From: a virus
Direction: 5' to 3' (one strand)
Virus record (IMG/VR): IMGVR_UViG_3300025018_002313
Length of the DNA: 49,071 nt
The position numbers and the translations under genes were made by a program. Under the pieces are notes generated by a model. That model ran no database searches and was not told the DNA's origin. It worked only from the letters and a program-made list of their open reading frames with translations. Positions 31,301 through 38,700 of the stretch are shown here, piece by piece. Position 1 is the first letter of the stretch; the number at the start of each line of letters is the position of its first letter.

Positions 31301-31534
31301 AAAACGCCACTGAGCAAGAAGATGTGACCATTTATTTTGTGGTTGCTGATAAGGAGCTGATCGAGAGTTCTGTGCATACAAATGAATCGTATGAGGGTTA
31401 AGATCCTCCGCGCTTAGAAAGAGTGTAAATGGTTGGTTACCATTACATCCTATAATTCCTGGAGTTGTCGGTATATCTGCCCAAAGAGCAACTGGAAAAC
31501 TCACGGCACTCTGTAATACAAAATTCGTTATCAT
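28394..31534 (-). CDS. baseplate wedge protein in the gp7 position (1046 aa) with NHL-like propeller repeats
   Basis: Immediately follows the gp6-like gene. Size matches T4 gp7 (about 1030 aa as recalled). 'YGIAVDPCYNLWASDSENDMLYKF' is NHL-like. The gp7 assignment is by position and size only. Confidence 0.6.
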   Translation of the reverse strand: MITNFVLQSAVSFPVALWADIPTTPGIIGCNGNQPFTLFLSAEDLNPHTIHLYAQNSRSAPYQQPQNKWSHLLAQWRFTDLSGNYIESIIPSVTSLVTDASGNTLGVIATAQFYYIDDRQSEGCSPVILWAIVDFSDYPVYLDTRDTLENVPGYANSKVGIVMPYFINGTDPLQFDITRNGKYPMFDLYWKDTNIPHVITVRGDTTYISAFCPDKISDSCAHILFDVPPTNYDGYLAGSLDRDLSVLPLSTNVVWTPETGWAYLSAYDNNGFDAQGWIRSSFSTEEVLLSTTITVSGNVSISKTWIHTPYYWISNPTNNTLNRLYYPCFDQTLVDQMTSYLKESKIIDISPAQTIYDVADLQVFTTNIMGLTGFGGIYGIAVDPCYNLWASDSENDMLYKFSTNGVLLSTIDFSDTSSFGTNLGGGTPAGISLDSDGYLWVSFFDSESAVKLNTLDGQICAVISFGFPDPVIDPLFSLYEEADPVYKPTLVETDMNNNVWVSYTNSLSSALWQFDSQGNYLQSITLPTCSNPMDIHIGRTNDVWVSLTYHAGPDYRKGSVNMYSSTTRALLCSISAVNPEYLAIDGGESVWFTEDWNTLTRVTTGGAKTSWTVGVTTIPDWADTEKLEYNALEGLCCDIYGRVFVINSIENVLYLVQDSSLEYFMEITPNNQYSFYNFPTTQYTVSGDSQSKSAQAFGDWCGYRFYRKYSPGVMLSAGSAGFSYIQGESRVFNVEDFTGLEIRKFNESWNASQYVHSLAIPSHINENIVLWDGYMDVVWGNDDTEYGKAFGRQSYERIANFTQNRADIEECNIGQVYDIASKVDVPIDDYQLSYPLELERIMDIISINQQKLWGGRCKCKQNYANSYNVIISGGERTPVLSECELCGHYHPGNRGNAFNPMFYMVTANVPFVTRDKYLSDKYNIIVPPISTVSDDTFNPCTSVTPVICGVYIYPLSASYTWLLPNIYATSTVPNLTEFIETTDRFCFYDFVDISCNQQVAGVINWGDRNTTLSENTSGVNDWYGSGESVEKMLNYILHKGLDLIKE

Positions 31535-33366
31535 TAATATTCAATCGCTTCATAAATTGTTGTCTCAGCTTTAACTACTATCTTCTCAGTAAAATGCTCT
31601 TTATTATCTAAATATGGAAATTTGAAATATTCCAGTGAAACATTTTTCGTAGTTAAAACTCTATCAGTTGGATAAATTGGATTCCATAGTAACATTGATA
31701 AACCATTATATCTAACATTTGGATTATCTTTACGACGAGTATAAAAGGTTTTTATCCCGTCTACACTTAGTATATTATTTGTTAATGTATTTAAATCAAG
31801 TTCTTGACCGAGTGAGATATTATCTCTCGAGAAGTACTCTGTAAATACATCTGCAACATCAAGAGCTATAGAGTTTGTATCTCGTCTTGAATTTGGACTC
31901 TTAACGATATATAGTTCTGTATTTCCAGTATCTTCGAGTGTACCGTTTGCGGATCCATCTAGTGTAATACAAACATTTGTTGCAATATAGACAGGATCTA
32001 AAACGATAGACTCCGATGTAAGAGTCTTTAGAGACCGTAGACCAGATATAATTAACTCTTTCTGAGCCGGGGTTAAGTTTGTAGTTGGATTCTTTGTTTG
32101 TGATATGGTCTTTGGAACAATAACAAAATATACATTATTGAAATTACAACCATCTACAAACAATACCTGGTTATACAATAAATTCGAAACATTATTTGGA
32201 TCTTTTAATCCAATATCATTATAATAGTATTTTACCTGCTCTTGTAGATACGTCCAGTTATTTACAACCGCAACATCATGAATAAGGTTTGCAAAATTTA
32301 TACGAATATAGTTTGAATAATCTTGTTCCGTAATTAATCTATATTGAGAACGGAAACCGCCTGGTGCATTTTGCTTAATCGATTCGATAGATTCCTCTGC
32401 TTGATAGTAGGTTGAAATATTTGTGTTGTCAAAATAGATATCTTTTGCTTGCTGTGTGTTAATAAAAATAATGTTAGTAGATGTTTGCTGGTTAATACTG
32501 TTGATTATTTGATTGAATGTAGTTGTTGAGAACGGGATGATGTTACGTCCACGAATGGAACCAACCCCTACTTCGCCTTCAGCACCATTTGATTGTAAGT
32601 AATAAATTGCAACTCTATCATTTGTATTTAATTTTCTTCCGTTGATACCGTTACCAAACTTAATTTCATATTGTTTGTTTTCGTTAAATCTTATTTCATA
32701 CCCGTTACTAAATGCATCTTCATTATATAGTGACTGCACTCTAGACCACTGTAGCCAATTACCGTTGCTGTAAACATAGACATCAATATTAAAATGGTCT
32801 ACAATGACGTTATCTCCGAGGGTGAAAAATATAATCTCATTATCATTACCAGCGGCGGAATAAATTGGATACTCACGATATCTGCCCTGGTATAGTAATT
32901 TCTGCTTTGTAATGTTTATAAGATTTTCAGTTGCGCCTAATGGCTGTGTTTTTGCAAAAACTATATCTTCATTAAAAGTATATGTTTTTGTTCCGTTTTC
33001 AATATACGAATAACGTGGAATAGTATATAGACCTTCACCGAAAGTTGTGCCTGCCGTCATACCAAATGTTAATGTTGATGTCTGGCGGCCTATTGGCTTG
33101 TAATCAAGAAGTTTTACAATACGATTCATTGCATCATATAGTGTTGTTTCAGAGAACTCTGAATTCGTAGCTGTTTGATTCAGATAATAAAGTAAGGTAT
33201 TGAATGCGTACGCAATTATTTCGTTTATAGTTGAAATATATGAACCTTCATAGTTCTGATCCGTAAAAATATTAGTCTCGTTTAAACGATCCTTGATATA
33301 TTGTTTTAGCGTTAAAGCATCAAAAGATAGATATCCATCTTTTGGTATATTAAATTCTGTTGACAT
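31534..33366 (-). CDS. gp6: baseplate wedge protein gp6-like (Baseplate_J family), 610 aa
   Basis: Follows gp25 as in T4-like phages. The N-terminal region ('YEGSYISTINEIIAYAFNTLLYYLNQTATN...LYDAMNRIVKLLDYKPIGRQTS') parallels T4 gp6 ('FEGSRLNVLCDLLAYNTLYIQQFGNAA...FMRTANLRSSVVQAAQDNGYLP') as recalled. Confidence 0.65.
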   Translation of the reverse strand: MSTEFNIPKDGYLSFDALTLKQYIKDRLNETNIFTDQNYEGSYISTINEIIAYAFNTLLYYLNQTATNSEFSETTLYDAMNRIVKLLDYKPIGRQTSTLTFGMTAGTTFGEGLYTIPRYSYIENGTKTYTFNEDIVFAKTQPLGATENLINITKQKLLYQGRYREYPIYSAAGNDNEIIFFTLGDNVIVDHFNIDVYVYSNGNWLQWSRVQSLYNEDAFSNGYEIRFNENKQYEIKFGNGINGRKLNTNDRVAIYYLQSNGAEGEVGVGSIRGRNIIPFSTTTFNQIINSINQQTSTNIIFINTQQAKDIYFDNTNISTYYQAEESIESIKQNAPGGFRSQYRLITEQDYSNYIRINFANLIHDVAVVNNWTYLQEQVKYYYNDIGLKDPNNVSNLLYNQVLFVDGCNFNNVYFVIVPKTISQTKNPTTNLTPAQKELIISGLRSLKTLTSESIVLDPVYIATNVCITLDGSANGTLEDTGNTELYIVKSPNSRRDTNSIALDVADVFTEYFSRDNISLGQELDLNTLTNNILSVDGIKTFYTRRKDNPNVRYNGLSMLLWNPIYPTDRVLTTKNVSLEYFKFPYLDNKEHFTEKIVVKAETTIYEAIEY

Positions 33367-33381
33367 TATCTATCGTACTCC

Positions 33382-33858
33382 TTAAAATACAAATCCATCT
33401 TTTGTTAATAAACCTTCTAAGCCAACTGGCTCCGTTAGAAGTGGACTACCTACATTTAGTGTTATCACGTATTCGTTCCGATCTTCATATCCAACTATAT
33501 CGAGATTTAATACGCGCACTCTTGACTCCCATTTTCTAATTGCATCACTGATCTCTCTGCCAATTTGTCTCGATAATGTTTCTGTTACAGGCTCAAAAAC
33601 ATATCGTCTTATATCAGAGCCGTACTCAGGTATTAGAAATCGTTCGCCTGGTATCGTATTAAACAAATTCTTTAGAGAATTCCTAATTGCGTTCAAATCA
33701 TATGCAACTTTAATATCTCGACCATTTCCAATAGTACTTTGGAAATTCGCAGCGGAGCCGATTGGATCTTCTGCAAAATCTAAATAAAAATCAACATAAC
33801 TATAATTATCCTCGTTAGTACTTGTATCTTGTAGTGTGTTAAAATTAATAGAGCTCAT
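33382..33858 (-). CDS. gp25: baseplate wedge protein gp25-like (GPW/gp25 lysozyme-like fold)
   Basis: 158 aa with 'LKNLFNTIPGERFLIPEYGSDIRRYVFEP', the GPW_gp25 signature. First gene downstream of the TATAAATA box. Confidence 0.8.
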   Translation of the reverse strand: MSSINFNTLQDTSTNEDNYSYVDFYLDFAEDPIGSAANFQSTIGNGRDIKVAYDLNAIRNSLKNLFNTIPGERFLIPEYGSDIRRYVFEPVTETLSRQIGREISDAIRKWESRVRVLNLDIVGYEDRNEYVITLNVGSPLLTEPVGLEGLLTKDGFVF

Positions 33859-33877
33859 TTTTATTCCTTAAGTAACA

Positions 33878-33892
33878 TAAATATTTATACAA
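33878..33892 (-). promoter_or_regulatory. T4-late-type promoter (minus strand TTGTATAAATATTTA), copy 2 of the exact 15-mer, heading the baseplate operon
   Basis: TATAAATA lies ~24 nt upstream of the gp25 ATG, in a divergent intergenic region. Confidence 0.65.
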
Positions 33893-33915
33893 TACACTGT
33901 TTTTGAAAGGACACA

Positions 33916-34197
33916 ATGGGCATTTTTAATGAGAATGATTTAATATTTGAAAACTATAGAAAAAGTATAGTTGAAAACGGGTATTCATTTCCGGTAACAC
34001 ACAACCCTCGAGCGTATATTGGCGGTAGTATGGTAGAAGAAATAGAATACATCAGGGAAACGATAGTTCCTCTAATCAAATCTGGCAATATTATAGATGC
34101 TCTTAAATTATTTCGTACTATTCCCGGACATCAATACGATGACGAAAGAGAAATGAAAGTTTACGTAGATAAAATTACCAGTCCAGCTTTTCTATAA
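33916..34197 (+). CDS. hypothetical protein (93 aa), plus-strand
   Basis: ORF starting 58 nt from the divergent gp25 start. Its N-terminal 'NENDLIFENYRKSIVENG' motif recurs inside the next protein. Confidence 0.45.
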   Translation: MGIFNENDLIFENYRKSIVENGYSFPVTHNPRAYIGGSMVEEIEYIRETIVPLIKSGNIIDALKLFRTIPGHQYDDEREMKVYVDKITSPAFL

Positions 34198-34200
34198 ATA
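34193..34200 (+). promoter_or_regulatory. T4-late-type TATAAATA box (plus strand)
   Basis: TATAAATA, then AGGAG, then ATG at 34216. Spacing of 15 nt to the start codon. Confidence 0.55.
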
Positions 34201-34215
34201 GTAATAGGAGTAAAT

Positions 34216-35109
34216 ATGAAAAATTTTAGCAGCAATTTTACACAGATTTGTGAAGAAACATTATATCGCTATAACCAAGGTGGTTTTTTACGCGGTGATT
34301 ATGTAACTATTAAAAAGGACGCCCTTAAAAATGATAAGATTGAGAAATTATCAGATCCCATGAAAGCTCTTTTAGAAGATGCAATAAAGAAGAATACAAG
34401 ATTTCGTATTAGTTATATTAAATCAGGTAGATCCGAGGCGCCTAGTGGTCCAGTTGATGCACCGAACATTCCTAGCTGTGCCTGGGCAGATGTTGTAATG
34501 GAATATGCACCGGGCATGTGGAAGGAGCCTATGACTCTTCCTCTTGAAGTTCTTGAGAAGGTAGAACTTGAAGGGGAGATGGATGGCTATCCGCAGTATT
34601 CTGATGAAATTAAAAGAGAAAATGATTACAGCACTAAGGGTGCATCACCAGTGGATCAAACGATGGGGGAAGATTCCAATAGAAAGTTAGCTAGTAAAAA
34701 CACAAAGCTAGCAAATACAAAAAATCCGACACCTGGTGATAAAAAGACTAAAGTACGTGAATCCGTTAATATGCGCCATGAAAATGAGGTTATATTCGAA
34801 TCATATACTAATTCGCTCGAAGAAGGTATCGTTGACTGGGCGGCGGATAAAGCTAAACAAGTAAATGATAATATATCCCAGGGCATAGATATTCGTGCAT
34901 CACTCAATAATCCAGAAAAACTAGCAAATGCATTCTCACAACTTAAACAACAAGATCCAGAAAAACTAAAAGTGACAATTAAAAAACTGCTTGATCAAGG
35001 ATACGATGAACAAGTTACTGCTGCATTTGACTTCCAGGAAGATATAAATCAAGCCATGGGTGATGAGTCAGATAACTGGCATAATGATACAAGCAGTTAT
35101 ATGAATTAA
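34216..35109 (+). CDS. hypothetical highly charged protein (297 aa), plus-strand
   Basis: ORF with AGGAG SD. Lys/Glu/Asp-rich. Contains the internal motif 'HENEVIFESYTNSLEEGIVD' paralogous to the N-terminus of the preceding ORF. Convergent 4-nt overlap with the gp44 stop. Confidence 0.55.
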   Translation: MKNFSSNFTQICEETLYRYNQGGFLRGDYVTIKKDALKNDKIEKLSDPMKALLEDAIKKNTRFRISYIKSGRSEAPSGPVDAPNIPSCAWADVVMEYAPGMWKEPMTLPLEVLEKVELEGEMDGYPQYSDEIKRENDYSTKGASPVDQTMGEDSNRKLASKNTKLANTKNPTPGDKKTKVRESVNMRHENEVIFESYTNSLEEGIVDWAADKAKQVNDNISQGIDIRASLNNPEKLANAFSQLKQQDPEKLKVTIKKLLDQGYDEQVTAAFDFQEDINQAMGDESDNWHNDTSSYMN

Positions 35110-36047
35110 TTTAGTATTTGTAATAGTTGTATTATACAGCAAAATGCATTGATTTCAAAATCCATTACCTGCTGATGAGACTCCATGTAACGACCTACCG
35201 TTAACATGGAGTTTCTCTTTTTGTCTTCTGGTATATCTTGTTCAAAGATATGCTCGAATAGACCCTTTAATAGCAACAAGTAATCACTATTAAATTCTAA
35301 CTCATTCTCTATTACATACTTACGGATCTCGTTTGCACTTTTATTGTCAGATATTAAACTAAAGACCTTACTTGGAAACATAATTTGTGATAGCTTCTCC
35401 GGAATCCTTAATACACCGTTAATAGTATACTGCTGCACACAATTAATAGTACTACGAAGATCCGGATATATAAACTTAATAAGTGCAATTAGTCTCTCTT
35501 TTTGTTCAGCAGATACTTTAACACCTTCAGTTTTTATAATCTCAACCACGCGCTTTACACATCCATCGAATGGTGGTACGATTTCAAAAATCTGTGTGCG
35601 TGAACGAATAGCTCCAATAATTCGGTTCTTATAATTCGCTGTTAAAATGAAACGAACATTATTAATATACTCTTCCATTGTATTTCGAAGAGCTCTCTGT
35701 GCGTCTGGAGTAAGACCATCCATTTCATCCAAAATGACTATCTTTAATCCCCCATCAAATGACTTAGTCTGTGCAAAGTTAATAACTTTTTCCCGGATAA
35801 CGTCAATGCCTCGTTCATCCGAAGCATTAATATATCGATAGGATGAGCCTAACTCTTTTACAATAATCTTTGCTAATGATGTTTTACCAGATCCTGGTGC
35901 ACTAACAAATAGAATATGTGGAATTTTACCATCCTTGAGTTTCTCTTTAAAGAATTCAAGTGTTTCACTATCTAGAATCATTTCGTCTAAAGTTCCTGGT
36001 CTAAACTTTTCTACCCACACATCGTCTAAATCAAAATCATTTAACAT
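35106..36047 (-). CDS. gp44: clamp loader subunit gp44-like (AAA+ RFC-type ATPase)
   Basis: Matches to T4 gp44 as recalled: 'EKFRPGTLDEMILD' vs 'EKYRPSTIDECILP'; Walker A 'GKIPHILFVSAPGSGKTSLAKI'; 'SFDGGLKIVILDEMD' vs 'SFDGRQKVIVIDEFD'; sensor 'SRTQI' vs 'SRCRV'. Confidence 0.9.
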   Translation of the reverse strand: MLNDFDLDDVWVEKFRPGTLDEMILDSETLEFFKEKLKDGKIPHILFVSAPGSGKTSLAKIIVKELGSSYRYINASDERGIDVIREKVINFAQTKSFDGGLKIVILDEMDGLTPDAQRALRNTMEEYINNVRFILTANYKNRIIGAIRSRTQIFEIVPPFDGCVKRVVEIIKTEGVKVSAEQKERLIALIKFIYPDLRSTINCVQQYTINGVLRIPEKLSQIMFPSKVFSLISDNKSANEIRKYVIENELEFNSDYLLLLKGLFEHIFEQDIPEDKKRNSMLTVGRYMESHQQVMDFEINAFCCIIQLLQILN

Positions 36048-36122
36048 GTATTATTATCCCTCCTGGAGCGTATGTATCTCTGTGTTTCCGTTGTTTGATT
36101 AATAAATCACAATATGATTACA

Positions 36123-36611
36123 TTAAATCTTTCCGCTTGATCCAAACCCATTTTCTCCGCGCTCTGTCTCTTCAGCTGTCTCTATCCAATCAACAGCAAA
36201 ATCGACCAATGGGTAAACTGCAATCTGTGCAATGCGCTCTCCAGGCTCAACTACATAATCTTTATCAGACAGGTTATATAATTTGACTCCGGTGTCCCCG
36301 CGATATTGATTATCTATTACCCCGGGATGTGGTATTATACCATGTTTAAAAGACAACCCACTACGCGCTTCAATCTTGAACCAAAACCCTGGCGTGATAT
36401 ACCCCACCTTAATTCCGGTTGGTATAATAGCTGAACATTTTGCTGGGATTGTCGTTCCTTCAATACCGTAAATGTCATAGCAGGTATCACACGTTCCTTC
36501 CAACACATAGGAGACTTCCCCGTCTTTTTCAACATCCAATGGTATATTGTCGTGATTTCGTTTAGGTAATTTTGCTTTATCATCTGTTTTTACAAATTTT
36601 ATCTTAACCAT
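36123..36611 (-). CDS. dut: dUTP diphosphatase (trimeric dUTPase)
   Basis: All five dUTPase motifs are present: 'EARSGLSFKHG', 'GVIDNQYRGD', 'GERIAQIAVYP' and C-terminal 'ERGENGFGSSGK'. Confidence 0.9.
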   Translation of the reverse strand: MVKIKFVKTDDKAKLPKRNHDNIPLDVEKDGEVSYVLEGTCDTCYDIYGIEGTTIPAKCSAIIPTGIKVGYITPGFWFKIEARSGLSFKHGIIPHPGVIDNQYRGDTGVKLYNLSDKDYVVEPGERIAQIAVYPLVDFAVDWIETAEETERGENGFGSSGKI

Positions 36612-36771
36612 TTTCCGTTAACAACTCCTTACCGTGTGAAATTGATTCTTGCATTGGCTGTGGGCGCGTTGCATCTATTGCATTTGATTGTAGCCATGAA
36701 ATTAGCGACATTTGTTTATCGCTTGGTATAATCCATTGCTTTCCGTTTACAACTATTATTGTTTCATTCAT
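36604..36771 (-). CDS. possible small ORF (55 aa) translationally coupled to dut
   Basis: Below the track's 60-aa cutoff. The ATG lies 1 nt after the upstream stop. Its TAA overlaps the dut start (ATGGTTAA), and the dut SD (AAGGAG) is embedded in its 3' end. Confidence 0.3.
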   Translation of the reverse strand: MNETIIVVNGKQWIIPSDKQMSLISWLQSNAIDATRPQPMQESISHGKELLTENG

Positions 36772-36772
36772 A

Positions 36773-36982
36773 TTATTCTCCTATATCTTCATCTAAAGGC
36801 TCTTCAATTGGTGTATTCTTAATTTTCTCTTCTAATAAAGAGACTACAGCATATTCAATAAGAGCTCTATCATCATTTGTAATTCTCTGTAAACCTAAAT
36901 CCCGTAACATTTTTGCTTCACTGGGGGTTACATCTAAATCGAATTTATAGACAGTTTCTTTTCTTTCTTTACCTAATTCCAT
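36773..36982 (-). CDS. hypothetical small acidic protein (69 aa)
   Basis: Track ORF 36773..37021 trimmed to the Met preceded by GAAGGAGGATAT-ATG. Confidence 0.45.
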   Translation of the reverse strand: MELGKERKETVYKFDLDVTPSEAKMLRDLGLQRITNDDRALIEYAVVSLLEEKIKNTPIEEPLDEDIGE

Positions 36983-37055
36983 ATATCCTCCTTCTATACA
37001 TAATTTAAGAATAACATACATACAGAAAAAATCAACGGGATCTCCAGAAGCCTCT

Positions 37056-37063
37056 TATAAATA
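37056..37063 (+). promoter_or_regulatory. TATAAATA box abutting the 37070 ORF (plus strand), part of TATAAATATTTAAAATG
   Basis: Exact T4 late -10 consensus only 6 nt upstream of the ATG. This implies either a leaderless transcript or use of the downstream Mets (residues 24 and 26, preceded by GGTGGG). Confidence 0.4.
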
Positions 37064-37069
37064 TTTAAA

Positions 37070-37567
37070 ATGAATACTACAAACCATGATATCGATGATT
37101 TATTGAATGAACTAAAAGATACCAAAAAACTCGGTGGGATGATAATGGTAGAGCCGCCGGCGGCGACTATACAACCGATTATAAGTGATGAAAATATAAA
37201 TGACTTTATCATGAAGAAGGCGTCCTTGCTTATTCAGCAAGGTATAGATACACTTGAAAAGATTAAGCCAGCTATACAAGGTAGTGGTAATCCTGAAGAA
37301 GTAGAGTCGTACTCTAAGCTTATTACAGCTGTTACATCTACTGTGGATACACTTAATAAAATCAATATCCAGAATAAAAAAGCTGCTTCTTCAAAAGAAT
37401 TGAAGAAGTTAGATATGGAAATAAAACAGGGACAGTTAACTAATAACGGTAATATAAATGTTCTGATTGCACCGAGAGAAGAGATAATGAGTAGACTCTT
37501 CAATGATGCATCAGATTTAGCTATTGACGTTACCTGTGAAGAAACAGAAGATCATATAAGTGATTGA
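37070..37567 (+). CDS. hypothetical helical protein (165 aa), plus-strand
   Basis: ORF convergent with the glutaredoxin-like gene (16-nt 3' overlap). No recognisable motif. Confidence 0.5.
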   Translation: MNTTNHDIDDLLNELKDTKKLGGMIMVEPPAATIQPIISDENINDFIMKKASLLIQQGIDTLEKIKPAIQGSGNPEEVESYSKLITAVTSTVDTLNKINIQNKKAASSKELKKLDMEIKQGQLTNNGNINVLIAPREEIMSRLFNDASDLAIDVTCEETEDHISD

Positions 37568-37800
37568 TGATCCTGCCAGTATTCTGGATCGACTTCTTTG
37601 ATTGAGAGTATATTCTCTAACTCATCATCCAAAAGAATAGGGAAGAGAGACACTCTGTTCTTTCCTAAGAGCTTTTTAACTTGTAGAATTACTCCTAAAG
37701 CCTTTTTACCTTTTCTCGGTAGCTCTAAATAGGGAAGATCAGGGTGCCTCTCTTTTAGGTCCTTACAACTTTTACAATCTTGTAAGCCTAGTATGATCAT
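37552..37800 (-). CDS. glutaredoxin/NrdC-like thioredoxin-fold protein (82 aa)
   Basis: A 'CKSC' CxxC motif near the N-terminus. Size and layout resemble T4 NrdC ('CVYC') as recalled. Confidence 0.4.
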   Translation of the reverse strand: MIILGLQDCKSCKDLKERHPDLPYLELPRKGKKALGVILQVKKLLGKNRVSLFPILLDDELENILSIKEVDPEYWQDHQSLI

Positions 37801-38298
37801 TTATATTTGACCTTGTTCGTACAACCGTGAATGCTCTTCAATGGAATCCCACTGATGCCATTTTGTACCAATCGCGGTAAGAGAATCAATAGAACTCGTC
37901 CATATTCCGTTAATCATTGTACCGGATGCAGCAGATGGTCCTCCAAATAGAGAAGTACCAGTTGATGATACGCTTACTACAACGTCTGTTACAAGAGTTT
38001 CCACATGTGCTACAGTATTATCTACTATAATGTAGAACCATAAAGCTTCTGGTGTTGCATTCACACCGTCCCATGTAATCTCATAGGGTAATGTTGCAGC
38101 ACCAGACAGTGCAATACTAAATCCTGGTAATGTTTGGTTACCGGATATAGAAATACTGTCAATATTAAGTGCGGAAATACCTAATACTGGTGAAAAGGTG
38201 TGTGGGTATGTTGATGCTAGTACAACTAGTGTATCACCATTCGCAACCTCTTTATCTAAATCAAAAATCGTTGTTACTGTATAATTATTATCTGCCAT
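37801..38298 (-). CDS. hypothetical virion-associated protein (165 aa)
   Basis: GGAGGAATTTGAA-ATG RBS. Directly downstream of the second 18-mer promoter-like element and a terminator. Ser/Thr/Gly-rich beta-type composition. Confidence 0.55.
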   Translation of the reverse strand: MADNNYTVTTIFDLDKEVANGDTLVVLASTYPHTFSPVLGISALNIDSISISGNQTLPGFSIALSGAATLPYEITWDGVNATPEALWFYIIVDNTVAHVETLVTDVVVSVSSTGTSLFGGPSAASGTMINGIWTSSIDSLTAIGTKWHQWDSIEEHSRLYEQGQI

Positions 38299-38317
38299 TT
38301 CAAATTCCTCCTATAGG

Positions 38318-38335
38318 TTTTAAATATTTAGTCAA
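38318..38335 (-). promoter_or_regulatory. copy 2 of the exact 18-mer TTTTAAATATTTAGTCAA (minus strand TTGACTAAATATTTAAAA)
   Basis: Identical to 6042..6059. Lies 20 nt upstream of the 38298 start and immediately downstream of the terminator at 38342..38377. Confidence 0.5.
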
Positions 38336-38341
38336 AGTTAG

Positions 38342-38377
38342 AAAGAAAAAAACCCGGCTCTATAAAGAACCGGGTTT
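38342..38377 (-). terminator. rho-independent terminator closing the capsid transcription unit
   Basis: Minus-strand read: AAACCCGG-(loop)-CCGGGTTT followed by TTTTTTTCTTTC. Confidence 0.75.
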
Positions 38378-38394
38378 CTGTAAATAATCGCTTA

Positions 38395-38628
38395 TTAAAC
38401 AACTGTCATGAACACTGGACCAGCCGAGACTTGTCCTGTTGTTGTATTTGCAAAGCAAATCTGTCCACCAGAAAGATATATTTCAACCTGCTGGCCTGAA
38501 AATGCTGCTGCATCTGTCACTCTTTCAGTCATTGCAACGCCTCCATCAGCTGCGAGTTGTGCCGCAATTTTGCTGATATTGTCGTTTTCACTTGCTGTAT
38601 AAGCTTCACCTGAATTTTTATTTTCCAT
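38395..38628 (-). CDS. small protein (77 aa) immediately after the major capsid gene; candidate capsid decoration protein
   Basis: AAAGGAGAAATT-ATG RBS. Same size class and position as T4 Soc, but no sequence similarity seen; the Soc analogy is positional only. The antisense 38408..38602 ORF is rejected. Confidence 0.5.
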   Translation of the reverse strand: MENKNSGEAYTASENDNISKIAAQLAADGGVAMTERVTDAAAFSGQQVEIYLSGGQICFANTTTGQVSAGPVFMTVV

Positions 38629-38671
38629 AATTTCTCCTTTATAGCTTTTGTACTACTATCAGTGTAAATCG

Positions 38672-38693
38672 AGGGAGGGGTTGCCCCCTCCCT
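38672..38693 (-). other. GC-rich 9-bp hairpin (AGGGAGGGG-GTTG-CCCCTCCCT) 8 nt after the gp23 stop; no U-tract
   Basis: Perfect 9-bp G/C stem that stands out in this AT-rich DNA. No poly-U follows on the minus strand, so it is probably an RNA stability/processing stem or attenuator rather than a full terminator. Confidence 0.5.
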
Positions 38694-38700
38694 TTACCGA

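Noticed and set aside
36335-36583. 82-aa minus-strand ORF inside the dUTPase gene
   Set aside because: It is an alternative frame of the dUTPase gene, which carries all five dUTPase motifs.
38408-38602. Plus-strand 64-aa ORF antisense to the 77-aa gene
   Set aside because: The minus-strand ORF has a strong SD (AAAGGAGAAATT-ATG) and matches the polarity and terminator arrangement. The plus-strand ORF has neither.
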